Shown: one piece after another, positions 39,643-49,063 of the stretch
Position numbering within the stretch: position 1 is the first letter of the stretch
Layout: every line of letters begins with the position of its first letter
Assembly (NCBI GenBank): GCA_963664815.2
Contig: CAXXHB010000003.1
Span: 3,904,001 to 3,968,000 of the forward strand
Length of the DNA: 64,000 bases
Reading direction: 5' to 3'
Origin: Spirochaetota bacterium
GTDB lineage: Bacteria; Spirochaetota; UBA4802; UBA5550
The notes under the pieces: generated by a model
Database searches by the model: none
What the model was told of the DNA's origin: nothing
The model's input: the letters and a program-made list of their open reading frames with translations, nothing else
Program-made: the position numbers and the translations under genes

Positions 39643-40512
39643 ATGCAGAAAAATATGCGAAGAAAAAATGAAATTTTACTTACCCTGCCTTCAATGGGGT
39701 GGCTGGTAATTTTTTTTGTTATCCCGACAATTCTTGTTATCGCCATGGCATTTCGCAACGCCGATCCCTATGGCGGAATCGGGGACCAGTGGACATTTGA
39801 TACAATACGCGATCTGAGAAACCCTGACTACCCGTCAATTATCTGGCGCACATTATGGCTCAGCGTAGTGTCAACTGCAATCTGTATTATCACCGCAATC
39901 CCTGCAAGCTATTACATTTCACAGGTTCGTAAAAAAATCCAGGATATCATTCTTCTTCTGATAATAGTACCTTTCTGGATAAACTTTCTTATAAGAATAT
40001 TCGCATGGAAGGTCTTCCTTCATCCTGAAGGTTTATTCAAACAGATCCTTACAACTCTTCATATAGTGAATCCCGATACCCTGCTGCTTTACAGGCCGGG
40101 AGCAGTACTCATTGTAATAGTTTATTCATATCTTCCTTTCGCCCTGCTTCCAATATACGCTGCCGCGGAGAAATTCGATTTTCACCTGATGGAAGCGGCT
40201 TACGACCTGGGGGCGAATCGATTTCAGGCTTTTACAAGAGTTTATCTCCCGGGGATCAGAATGGGACTTCTTACCGCAATCATAGTTGTATTCATACCGG
40301 CTCTCGGTTCATACGTGATACCGGATATTGTCGGCGGACCATCCTCCGAGATGATAGGAAATAAAATTGCACAAAGAACTTTCATCGACAGGAACCTTCC
40401 GCATGCCAGCGCCCTGTCAGCTCTCCTTACATTCGCGGTTATACTTCCTGCGGCAATTGCACTTACAAGAAAATTTTTTAAAGAAAAAAATTCTGCATCT
40501 CTGGGAATATAA
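39643..40512 (+). CDS. potB: Polyamine ABC permease
   Basis: PFW...LIRIFAW, YLPF, EAAYDLGA. Confidence 0.92.
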   Translation: MQKNMRRKNEILLTLPSMGWLVIFFVIPTILVIAMAFRNADPYGGIGDQWTFDTIRDLRNPDYPSIIWRTLWLSVVSTAICIITAIPASYYISQVRKKIQDIILLLIIVPFWINFLIRIFAWKVFLHPEGLFKQILTTLHIVNPDTLLLYRPGAVLIVIVYSYLPFALLPIYAAAEKFDFHLMEAAYDLGANRFQAFTRVYLPGIRMGLLTAIIVVFIPALGSYVIPDIVGGPSSEMIGNKIAQRTFIDRNLPHASALSALLTFAVILPAAIALTRKFFKEKNSASLGI

Positions 40513-40514
40513 GA

Positions 40515-41285
40515 ATGAGAAAAAGCCGCTTTCCATTATACATCACAATTGCAATACTTGTATTTTTTTATCTTCCGATAATTATAGTATTTGGTCAGTC
40601 TTTTAACGCCTCAAGATTTGGAGGCACATGGAAGGGATTTACTTTTAACTGGTATTATAAATTATTTTCCGATAAGAACATCTGGCATGCACTTACAAAT
40701 ACTCTTATCATTGCAATGAGTTCAACTACTGTATCTGTAATAGCAGGAACACTGGCGGCATTTGCTCTTTATAAATATAAAACAAAGCTCCAGGTAAGTC
40801 ACAATATCCTCATATATTTTCCGCTTGTAATTCCTGATATACTTATGGGCATAAGCCTTCTTTTATTTTTCGTTTCACTTAAGATCGGTCTGGGGCTTAC
40901 GACAATATTTCTGGCTCATGTAACATTCAGCATGAGTTACGTCGCCATGGTTGTTCTTGGCCGGTTCCAGGATTTTGATTATTCAATAATGGAAGCCGCG
41001 CTTGATCTCGGTGCCACATGGTGGACAGCGTTAAGAAAAATAATGATACCGTACCTGATGCCGGGAATTGCAGCTGGCGGACTTCTTGCGTTTACTCTTT
41101 CGCTCGATGATTTTGTTATAACATTTTTTGTATCGGGGCCCGATTCAACCACACTCCCCCTTTACATATACAGCATGATGAGACATGGATCACCTTCCGT
41201 GATTAATGCTCTGTCGGTTTTAATGGTCGCATTCACATTTGTTGTCGTATTTATAAGTAAAAAACTTCTGGAGGCTGAAGAATGA
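40515..41285 (+). CDS. potC: Polyamine ABC permease
   Basis: FYLP...SFN, W.GFT..WY, EAALDLGA, FTLSLDDF. Confidence 0.92.
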   Translation: MRKSRFPLYITIAILVFFYLPIIIVFGQSFNASRFGGTWKGFTFNWYYKLFSDKNIWHALTNTLIIAMSSTTVSVIAGTLAAFALYKYKTKLQVSHNILIYFPLVIPDILMGISLLLFFVSLKIGLGLTTIFLAHVTFSMSYVAMVVLGRFQDFDYSIMEAALDLGATWWTALRKIMIPYLMPGIAAGGLLAFTLSLDDFVITFFVSGPDSTTLPLYIYSMMRHGSPSVINALSVLMVAFTFVVVFISKKLLEAEE

Positions 41286-42319
41286 GAAGAAAGGTTATCG
41301 CACTGTTTTCCCTGGTAATGATCACACTATCCCTGCTTACTTGCGGGAAAGGGAAAGAGACTCTCCATATTTACAACTGGGCAGATTATATGAATCCTGC
41401 AGTAATTTCTAAGTTTGAAAAGAAATATAACTGTACGGTTGTAATGAACTATTTTGACTCAAATGAGGCGCTATATGCAAAACTAAAAGCCGGTGCTTCA
41501 GGCTATGATATTCTCTTTCCATCCGGATACATGGCAAAACTAATGTATGAACAGAAGATGATCAAAGATATTGATCACTCTAAACTGAAAAACCTTAAAA
41601 ATCTTGATATCCCTTTTATAAAGAAGGCACTGGATCCTGAGCTTAAATACAGCGTTCCATACATGATAACATATTGCGGTATAGCATATAACAAAAAGAA
41701 AGTAAAGAATTTCAAACCATCCTGGTCGATGTATGACAGGACGGATATTGCAGGACGAATGACCCTTCTCAATGACCTGCGGGAGGTTATAGGTGCTGCA
41801 TTAAAGTTCAACGGTTATAATTACAACTCGGTAAATGACGCCGAGCTGGAAAAAGCAAAGGAAACTGTTATAAAGTGGAAAAAAAATATTGCAAAATTTG
41901 ATGTAGATGAGGCCAAACGCGGCCTGTCATCAGGTGAATTTTTTCTTATACAGGTATATAATGGTGATGCGATTCAGCTGATCAATGAAAATGCAGATAT
42001 TGCCTTCGCATTACCGGCAGAAGGAACATCAATCAGTCAGGATGATTTTGTTATACCGGAAAGCTCAAAGAATGTCGAACTTGCATATAAGTTTATAGAT
42101 TTTCTCCTCGAACCTGAAAACGCAAAAGACAATATGGAATTTGTATATTACCTCTCTCCGAACCTTGAAGCACAGAAACTCATGAGTAAAAATTTTATGA
42201 CTGACCCGGCAATCAATCCGCCTGCTGAAGTACTTAAAAAATGTAATTACCTCATGGATCTTGGAAAAGATAATATAAAGTACTCGGTATTGTGGGATAA
42301 GATCAAGTCTTCAAAGTAA
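41282..42319 (+). CDS. potD: Polyamine ABC substrate-binding lipoprotein
   Basis: Lipobox LLTC; IYNWADY, FDSNEAL, GYD..PS.Y, YSVPY. Confidence 0.92.
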   Translation: MRRKVIALFSLVMITLSLLTCGKGKETLHIYNWADYMNPAVISKFEKKYNCTVVMNYFDSNEALYAKLKAGASGYDILFPSGYMAKLMYEQKMIKDIDHSKLKNLKNLDIPFIKKALDPELKYSVPYMITYCGIAYNKKKVKNFKPSWSMYDRTDIAGRMTLLNDLREVIGAALKFNGYNYNSVNDAELEKAKETVIKWKKNIAKFDVDEAKRGLSSGEFFLIQVYNGDAIQLINENADIAFALPAEGTSISQDDFVIPESSKNVELAYKFIDFLLEPENAKDNMEFVYYLSPNLEAQKLMSKNFMTDPAINPPAEVLKKCNYLMDLGKDNIKYSVLWDKIKSSK

Positions 42320-42357
42320 GTTTTTTAATCATAAAGCTGCCGCAAAACAGGTTAAGA

Positions 42358-42388
42358 TATTCTGCCGGCCTTACAGGCCGGCAGAATA
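42358..42388. terminator. Bidirectional terminator
   Basis: 14-bp stem TATTCTGCCGGCCT/AGGCCGGCAGAATA between convergent potD and the ALDH-ADH gene. Confidence 0.88.
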
Positions 42389-42394
42389 AATCAT

Positions 42395-45055
42395 TTAAAA
42401 CGCTTCCTTATACAGCTTCATTACGTCGCCCGGATCGTTCACCGGACGTCCATTGAACATCGTTGCAGTATCTGCAAGAGCGTGGAATGCACATATGCCA
42501 AGACCCTCTTCCGGGACGCCAACATCACGAAGTTTCATCGGATGCCCGACCTTCTTCATTAATGTCTCAATTGCATCGGCAGCCGCAAGTGCAGCATCTC
42601 TCGATTTCATTCCGGCAGTGCTGACTCCAAGCGCCTGAGCCACCATAGCCAGTTTTTCAGTGGAATGATCAACATTATAACGCATTACCTTCGGAAGAAT
42701 TATACCGCAGGCTTCCCCATGAGGTACATGATGCAGCGCTCCAACAGTATGGGCCATTCCATGTACAAGACCGACCTGTGCTATAGTAAACGCCCATCCC
42801 GCCATTGTTGCTGCCATCTGCATATTGAGACGCGCCTGTTCGTTTTTACCATTTTCAACAACAATCGGAAGGTTTTCATTTATGAGCCTTATAGCGTGCA
42901 GTGCCATTCCATCACAGATGTGATTTGCAAGTATGCTCATCATTGCCTCAACAGCATGAGTCATCGCATCCATTGCCGTTGCCACCGTCATACTCTTCGG
43001 AAGAGTCATGGTGAAACGGGGATCCAGAATAGCAGTATTGGGCATAATATATGGATCTGTAAGAAACAGTTTCCGCCCTGCCCCATGACTTGTTATAACA
43101 GCAGTGCTTGTCACTTCACTCCCTGTACCAGCAGTAGTCGGAATGCAGATATGAGGGATCTGCGGTTCCGCCAGCATCATAATTCTCAGATGATCGTTGG
43201 CCTTCCCGCCGTTTTTCAGCGTAACCGTGACAGTTTTTGCCGCGTCAATCACACTGCCGCCGCCAACGCTTACGATGCAGTCAGCTCCCAGCCTGCGAGC
43301 CTCTTCTGTCGCGCGGTCAACCGATTCGGTATCCGGATCGGCCGGTATTGAATCATAGACACCAACACATGCATCACCAAGAGTATCCTGGACAAGTTTT
43401 ACCAGCCCCGCCTTTCTTACTCCTTCATCTGTAAGTATTATAACTTTGCTTCCGCCGAGTCTGCGCACTTCTTTGCATACGGCAGTAAGACAGCCATGCC
43501 CTGCTATTACATTTGTAGGAGTATAATATGCGAATCCGTCAATTGACTTTTTATCAGACAGGAGTGACATGCTGAAATTGGATTTGCTGTCAGAAAGATT
43601 AGGGATATGGATGCGCTTCATCTGAGTATACTCATGAAGTCCGGCAGCTCCAAGTTCACGACCTATGCCGGACTGTTTATATCCTCCGAAGGGGCAAAGA
43701 TCAGAGAAAACATGATAGTTGTTGATCCACATTGTACCGGTGCGCACACCTTTAGCTATACGTTCCGCCCTTGCAATATTATTTGAAAAAACACCGCCGC
43801 CGAGACCATATATTGAATCGTTAGCTATTGCAACTGCCTCTTCGTCGCTGTCATATTTAATTACGCACACAACAGGTCCGAAGATCTCCTCCTGGGCAAT
43901 CTTCATGCTGTTTTTCACATTTGTAAAGATTGTCGGTGCATAATAAAATCCGCCATCAAATCCTTTTACCTCAACTCTTTTACCACCGGTAAGAAGCTGT
44001 GCTCCCTCCTCTTTTCCGATTTTCACATAACCTTCAACAGTATTAAGCTGCTCCTTGCTTACAAGCGGTCCCATGTGAGATGTTGGATCAAGCTGATATC
44101 CGACGCGAAGTTTCTCAGTCCTGGCCTTCATTTTATCGATAAACTCATCATATATTTTGGATGAAACGAGCACTCTTGTCCCGGATTCGCAAACCTGCCC
44201 CTGGTGGAAGAACGTACCGAAAACAGCACCGTCAACCGCAAGCTCCATATCCGCATCATCACATATGATGTTTGCCGACTTCCCGCCAAGTTCAAGTGTA
44301 ACTTTTTTTACAGTTCCGGATGCAAGCCTCATTATCTCACGTCCCACTTCTGAGCTTCCTGTAAGGGCAACCTTATCCACATCAGGATGTGTACAGAGAA
44401 CATCACCAAGTTCTCCGCCAGGTCCAGGCAGCACATTTAGTACCCCTTTAGGTATACCGGCCGCTTTCGCAGCTTCACCAAGTATTATAGCTGAAAGGGG
44501 GGTTACGGAAGCGGGCTTCAATACGAAAGTGTTTCCCATTGTAAGAGCTGCAGTTACCTTCCACATGGCAATAAGCATCGGAAAATTCCAGGGTGTAATA
44601 CCAACGCATACTCCTATAGGTTCGCGTCTGACATATTCACGCCCTGCAGCAAAAACGTTGCCAGAGTTATGAATCTCCTCTTCCCATGGGAAATTAGTCG
44701 CTGCATATTTGCTCCAGTTCCGGAGATATCCTATGATAACTAAAGGCCAAACCTTGGTAAGAGATATAATCTGCCCTGAATCCATAGATTCAGTCATAGC
44801 CAGCCTTGCACCCTGTTTTGCCACCTGGTCTGCAAAATCAAGCATTTTTGCCATTCTTGCATCAGGAGACAAGCCGCTCCAATCACCTTTTTCAAATGCC
44901 CTTTTTGCCGCAGCAATTGCCGCTTCAGCATCAGCTGTCCCTCCCCTTGCAACCGTAGCTATTGGATTACCCGTACCCGGGTCGTGTGATTCAAAAACCC
45001 TGCCGCTCTGGGCATCTACAAATTCTCCATCAATAAACAGTTTGTAATGATCCAT
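42395..45055 (-). CDS. Fusion of non-acylating aldehyde dehydrogenase and iron-containing alcohol dehydrogenase (886 aa)
   Basis: ALDH: PWNFP, LTGS, LELGGKS, GQVC, EEIFGPV, PFGGYKQSG. Fe-ADH: GGGSVID, PTTAGTGSE, DAMTH, HGMAH, PHG. RBS GGGAGG before ATG 45055. Confidence 0.95.
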   Translation of the reverse strand: MDHYKLFIDGEFVDAQSGRVFESHDPGTGNPIATVARGGTADAEAAIAAAKRAFEKGDWSGLSPDARMAKMLDFADQVAKQGARLAMTESMDSGQIISLTKVWPLVIIGYLRNWSKYAATNFPWEEEIHNSGNVFAAGREYVRREPIGVCVGITPWNFPMLIAMWKVTAALTMGNTFVLKPASVTPLSAIILGEAAKAAGIPKGVLNVLPGPGGELGDVLCTHPDVDKVALTGSSEVGREIMRLASGTVKKVTLELGGKSANIICDDADMELAVDGAVFGTFFHQGQVCESGTRVLVSSKIYDEFIDKMKARTEKLRVGYQLDPTSHMGPLVSKEQLNTVEGYVKIGKEEGAQLLTGGKRVEVKGFDGGFYYAPTIFTNVKNSMKIAQEEIFGPVVCVIKYDSDEEAVAIANDSIYGLGGGVFSNNIARAERIAKGVRTGTMWINNYHVFSDLCPFGGYKQSGIGRELGAAGLHEYTQMKRIHIPNLSDSKSNFSMSLLSDKKSIDGFAYYTPTNVIAGHGCLTAVCKEVRRLGGSKVIILTDEGVRKAGLVKLVQDTLGDACVGVYDSIPADPDTESVDRATEEARRLGADCIVSVGGGSVIDAAKTVTVTLKNGGKANDHLRIMMLAEPQIPHICIPTTAGTGSEVTSTAVITSHGAGRKLFLTDPYIMPNTAILDPRFTMTLPKSMTVATAMDAMTHAVEAMMSILANHICDGMALHAIRLINENLPIVVENGKNEQARLNMQMAATMAGWAFTIAQVGLVHGMAHTVGALHHVPHGEACGIILPKVMRYNVDHSTEKLAMVAQALGVSTAGMKSRDAALAAADAIETLMKKVGHPMKLRDVGVPEEGLGICAFHALADTATMFNGRPVNDPGDVMKLYKEAF

Positions 45056-45140
45056 AAAACCTCCCTTATTTTTTTCCACATAAATATGTACCTGAAGTAC
45101 AACCGCCATATAATAAAAGAGATTAGAACGACTTGTCGCC

Positions 45141-45198
45141 CCGGTGTATAATTTCGAACTTTAAAACTGGTACCGGATTATAAAATGAAACTTTTAAA
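45141..45198. promoter_or_regulatory. Two 26-bp direct repeats (32-bp period), candidate AraC binding sites for the ALDH-ADH promoter
   Basis: CCGGTGTATAATTTCGAACTTTAAAA vs CCGGATTATAAAATGAAACTTTTAAA, 19/26 identical; lies between the AraC stop and the ALDH start. Confidence 0.6.
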
Positions 45199-45232
45199 TG
45201 AATATGAAAAACATACAGTTATGCCGGACGGT

Positions 45233-46336
45233 TTATTTTAACCTGGGTGATAAAAATTCCTTGCGGTAAACATGCGGGGCTTTGTTTGTAGACTGGTAAA
45301 ATGCTCTATAAAAGGACGATTTTGAATTGAAGCCTACACCATATGATATTGAGAGAATAGACCTTTCAGGCTCGGAGATAAGCATCTGCTTGGCTTCCTC
45401 AATTCTATACTGATTAATATAACGGTTAAAATTGGAATTCATTTTTTCATTAAGATACTGGGAAAGCTGATGAGGAGTTATTCCAAGTTCATCGGAAAGC
45501 TGTTTCAGACTGAGCTCTTCATCTGTGAACAGCTTTTCATGCTCCATAAGAAACTTAAGTTTATTACTGACCTCATCCTCATCTATTCCATTGAGCCTTG
45601 AACGGGTATACCGGGTTATAACCTTCTGTCTTGTAATCAACTGGAGGAATTCCGGACGGCGCTGGCTTATCATGAATGCACCAATTATAACCACACACAG
45701 AGATACTGAATAAAATTTTAAAATTAAAAGTGATCCTAACATATAACCTGTAATGAAGAGAATGCACAGGCCAAATGAAGCAAAATTAAAAACGATACTT
45801 ATCTCGGCAAGTTTCTGATTTCTTCCGCTTCTCCTCAGCTGGAGAAGGTCTCTTAACAGGAATGCATATATCAGAATAGATATCACTCCGGCTGAAACGA
45901 AAATCGACCTGATAAGTTCTGTACAGGTATGGCTGCTTACTGAAAAAACAGAGTGAAGTATTTCCGCTTTAACGACACGGGGAGAGAATGTATAAACTGC
46001 ATCCGGGCATGAAATAAACATCGCAGGAATGAAATATCTTTTTTTTATGACAGGTTTTTTAATCTCAGGCTGACTCACCAGAAAATAGGCGTGGTAACCT
46101 AACGGAGATATCAGTGCCGTAAATGTCAGATGAAAACATATCAGCTCGGGATTATCAAAAGCATACCCGTTGAATAAAAATCCCATCTGAAACAATTGAA
46201 GTGCCATAAGGAAAAAAAGAGCAAAGAGATTGAAATTCTCAACGCGCCGCGTTCCGACAAAAAGCTGCCCGATTGAAATGATGACCGCAAAACTTCCTAC
46301 AATATAGATGAAGGCAATCGATACCTGCTGAAACAT
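45233..46336 (-). CDS. Membrane-anchored (about 7 TM) AraC-family regulator
   Basis: Hydrophobic N-terminal two-thirds; YTRSRL linker; HQLSQYLN, NFNRYINQYRIEEAK, VGFNSKSSFY. Confidence 0.93.
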   Translation of the reverse strand: MFQQVSIAFIYIVGSFAVIISIGQLFVGTRRVENFNLFALFFLMALQLFQMGFLFNGYAFDNPELICFHLTFTALISPLGYHAYFLVSQPEIKKPVIKKRYFIPAMFISCPDAVYTFSPRVVKAEILHSVFSVSSHTCTELIRSIFVSAGVISILIYAFLLRDLLQLRRSGRNQKLAEISIVFNFASFGLCILFITGYMLGSLLILKFYSVSLCVVIIGAFMISQRRPEFLQLITRQKVITRYTRSRLNGIDEDEVSNKLKFLMEHEKLFTDEELSLKQLSDELGITPHQLSQYLNEKMNSNFNRYINQYRIEEAKQMLISEPERSILSISYGVGFNSKSSFYRAFYQSTNKAPHVYRKEFLSPRLK

Positions 46337-46652
46337 GAATCCTATCCCCGGAGCTGTTATATGAAAACACTCTGATTTAGAACTTTTTGTTTCTCTTTAC
46401 GGCAGATAAACCGAAGATGAATACATGATGCTCATTATCAGATTTACCGCCATTTTTACAGTTAGTTATAAAAAAATACAATCAAAAACCTGCTATTCCT
46501 TTATAATATCTCCTGTTACCCAGATAAGAAATCAAATGACTCTATCTTTGAAAGATTTTTCTGTGAGATCCGATAATCCAAATTTTATTGACAGGAAGAT
46601 ATTCCAATGAGGTATTTTTAATTCTAATCATCCTTTTATAATCAACGGTTTT

Positions 46653-47747
46653 ATGAAAAACATTATATTCCTTTTTAACATTATTGTCTATTCGGTTCAG
46701 ATAGCCTCCCTTATTCTGACTTTTTTTATCCTGTTAAAATTCCGGAATAAAACTTTTAAATATTACTTCTTTATTCTTCTTGTAACACTGCTTGATAATA
46801 TCGCAAATTCATTAATGCAGTTTCTGAACCTGACAATAATACCCGGCAAACCGGTTCTAATAGCAATCAACTACTTCTGCTCATTCCTTCTGACAACATG
46901 GTTTTTCTTTTCCGCACTGCTTGTTCATAACATTACAGGGAAAAAGATATCACAGACCAGACTGGCTTTTATAGTTTTAATCTCTATATACCCCGTTTTC
47001 TATGTTTTATCTGATGTTCTCTTTTACGGTATTCTTGGATTTTCCCCGTCAACAGAATTCTTTTCCTTCTGCGTCATCAGCACGCTTCTGATTAAAGGTT
47101 ACTATATATTCATTTTTCTCTACATGACAGTTATACTGTTTCTCTACAGGAAAAATATTTCCGATGATAGAATGGGAAGAATCGCATTTTCAGGAATGAT
47201 ATTCTCATTTCTTTTCATTCCGGCGTTCCTTGTAGACCTCTCTTGCAAACTTAACGGTTTTTATTTTTATTCGGTTCTTATCCTTGTCTGGAATTTAATG
47301 AATATATTATATCTCTGGAAAAATATCTTTTCATTACCGAACGGTTATTACGAAAAAACAGCTAAAGATTCAACAAAAGATCCCAAGACACCTCCCATCC
47401 CGGGAACCATGATAAAAAACAACATGCTGACTGTAAAAGATGAAGAAAGCTATATATTTTTAAAGTTTGAAGATATAATTACTGTGAAAGCATCAAACAA
47501 AAAAACTCAGATAAAAACAGCAAACCATCTCTATACAACTGATTGTACACTCGGAGAACTGGAGAGAAAAAGCAGCGGAAAGCTTCTCCGCGCCCACAGG
47601 AATACACTCGTAAACCCTGCAAAGGTAAAAAAAGTCGAAAAATATTTTTCAGGTACATTTGCCGTTATCATGGAAAATGATGAAATCGTCGAAATGAGCA
47701 GAAGAGTTTCATCTGAATTCAGAAAAAATTTTCTGAACCAGCATTGA
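46653..47747 (+). CDS. Membrane-anchored (about 7 TM) LytTR-domain regulator without receiver domain
   Basis: TM region, then TLGELE...LLRAHRNTLVN...MSRR (LytTR). Confidence 0.9.
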   Translation: MKNIIFLFNIIVYSVQIASLILTFFILLKFRNKTFKYYFFILLVTLLDNIANSLMQFLNLTIIPGKPVLIAINYFCSFLLTTWFFFSALLVHNITGKKISQTRLAFIVLISIYPVFYVLSDVLFYGILGFSPSTEFFSFCVISTLLIKGYYIFIFLYMTVILFLYRKNISDDRMGRIAFSGMIFSFLFIPAFLVDLSCKLNGFYFYSVLILVWNLMNILYLWKNIFSLPNGYYEKTAKDSTKDPKTPPIPGTMIKNNMLTVKDEESYIFLKFEDIITVKASNKKTQIKTANHLYTTDCTLGELERKSSGKLLRAHRNTLVNPAKVKKVEKYFSGTFAVIMENDEIVEMSRRVSSEFRKNFLNQH

Positions 47748-47788
47748 TTAAATTTTTAAATAGCATTTTATATTCCATAATCTTCATC

Positions 47789-47840
47789 ACCGCCTGTCTC
47801 CGGCAAGCTGCCGTTTATCGCCAGAATAATACCATTCATC
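47789..47840 (+). promoter_or_regulatory. Three LytTR-type boxes at 21-bp period
   Basis: ACCGCCTGTC (47789), GCCGTTTATC (47810) and ACCATTCATC (47831) resemble the AlgR-type ACCGTTCGTC; directly downstream of the LytTR gene. Confidence 0.7.
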
Positions 47841-47944
47841 GGATTTCCGGAGACAACAGAAAAATAATATGTTATCTGTTAAAATAAATTATCATATTAC
47901 GCTCTGAGGCAGGATGATAATAAATCTATTAATGGAGACAGAAG

Positions 47945-49003
47945 ATGTATTCAGGTATTATTAAAAAAAGTTTACACATGTTACTGCCGGTTGCTTTAAT
48001 CGCGATTTTAAGCGGAACATCATGCAGTACACTCAACATGGGGAAGTATAGCAGACTTGCAGACAAAATTAAAAGCAACGCAAGCAGCACAATTAGTGAG
48101 GATAGTTCATCTGATGAATCAGTTATTGACAACATGGCATCGTCAGGCGGGGTGAAAGACTTTGGAATGACTAGCAGCGCTCATTCAAAAAATGTCGGAA
48201 AGATTGTATTCTCAAAAAAATTTATTGAATTTAAAAACGAAAATGAAAGTTCTTTTACAGATAAATTTCTTTATAAGGGAATACAATACGACGAAGCATT
48301 CTTTATGGCCTACTTCCCCAGATCTTTTCATAACCAGGCAATAAAAGATGGAGTCAAACCTTCATCGGGAAAATCGACTATGATCTTTTCATTTACCATA
48401 AACGGCAAGAAGGTGGCAAAAACAGCTGAAATGAGCTTTAACGGAAAAAAATTCAAGGAGTGGACAGGTTTTTCAGCCGGACCAATAAATATAATAGGGA
48501 ATGAGCCCTTTCAGAAACTCTTTATTGAAAACGTCAGCCCTCTCATGACAGAATATGAAAATAAGGTTAAATATGAAATAACTTTTAAAACTAAAATTTC
48601 CGGAGGAAAAATGTGGTCGCCGGCAAAACCTATGGCAGTAGGTGAATTCACCAGTATCATAGATAAAAACATGAAGGGGAGGCTGATGCCAAAACCCGGA
48701 GTGAAACTTTCCAGGGCACTGGAGGATAAAATTAAGAAAACTCTAGTCAACAACTATGGAGAAATTCTCAGAGTTGTAGCGCCTGAACCGGACTGGATAA
48801 TTAAAAGAAACGAACTTACAGGAATCCCCATTAAAAGAGAGCGGAGAGTTGCGGCCGCAATTCACTTAAAAACAGGCGAATATAAGGTTTACTTTTATTA
48901 TGTCAGCCAGCAATATAATGGCAGTAAATATTCAGACGCTGTATATTATGAAAGCGTAGCTAATGAGGAGTATGACATAGACAAAAACGATATCTACAAA
49001 TAA
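47945..49003 (+). CDS. Hypothetical lipoprotein
   Basis: RBS GGAGA; signal peptide ending LSGTSC; Ser-rich linker; C-terminal W...RN..TG....R and Q.Y.G..Y pattern. Confidence 0.8.
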   Translation: MYSGIIKKSLHMLLPVALIAILSGTSCSTLNMGKYSRLADKIKSNASSTISEDSSSDESVIDNMASSGGVKDFGMTSSAHSKNVGKIVFSKKFIEFKNENESSFTDKFLYKGIQYDEAFFMAYFPRSFHNQAIKDGVKPSSGKSTMIFSFTINGKKVAKTAEMSFNGKKFKEWTGFSAGPINIIGNEPFQKLFIENVSPLMTEYENKVKYEITFKTKISGGKMWSPAKPMAVGEFTSIIDKNMKGRLMPKPGVKLSRALEDKIKKTLVNNYGEILRVVAPEPDWIIKRNELTGIPIKRERRVAAAIHLKTGEYKVYFYYVSQQYNGSKYSDAVYYESVANEEYDIDKNDIYK

Positions 49004-49010
49004 TTTACTC

Positions 49011-49041
49011 CCCGCCGGATTTAACTCCGTCATCCGGCGGG
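49011..49041. terminator. Bidirectional terminator
   Basis: CCCGCCGGAT/ATCCGGCGGG stem between convergent genes. Confidence 0.82.
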
Positions 49042-49063
49042 AATTTAATTTTATATATGCCTG

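Noticed and set aside
45056-45109. N-terminal extension of ALDH-ADH in the ORF track (similar extensions for hisD, cysteine synthase, methyltransferase, RNase Z-like and the 20499 ORF)
   Set aside because: Downstream ATGs have better RBSs and/or match the family N-termini.
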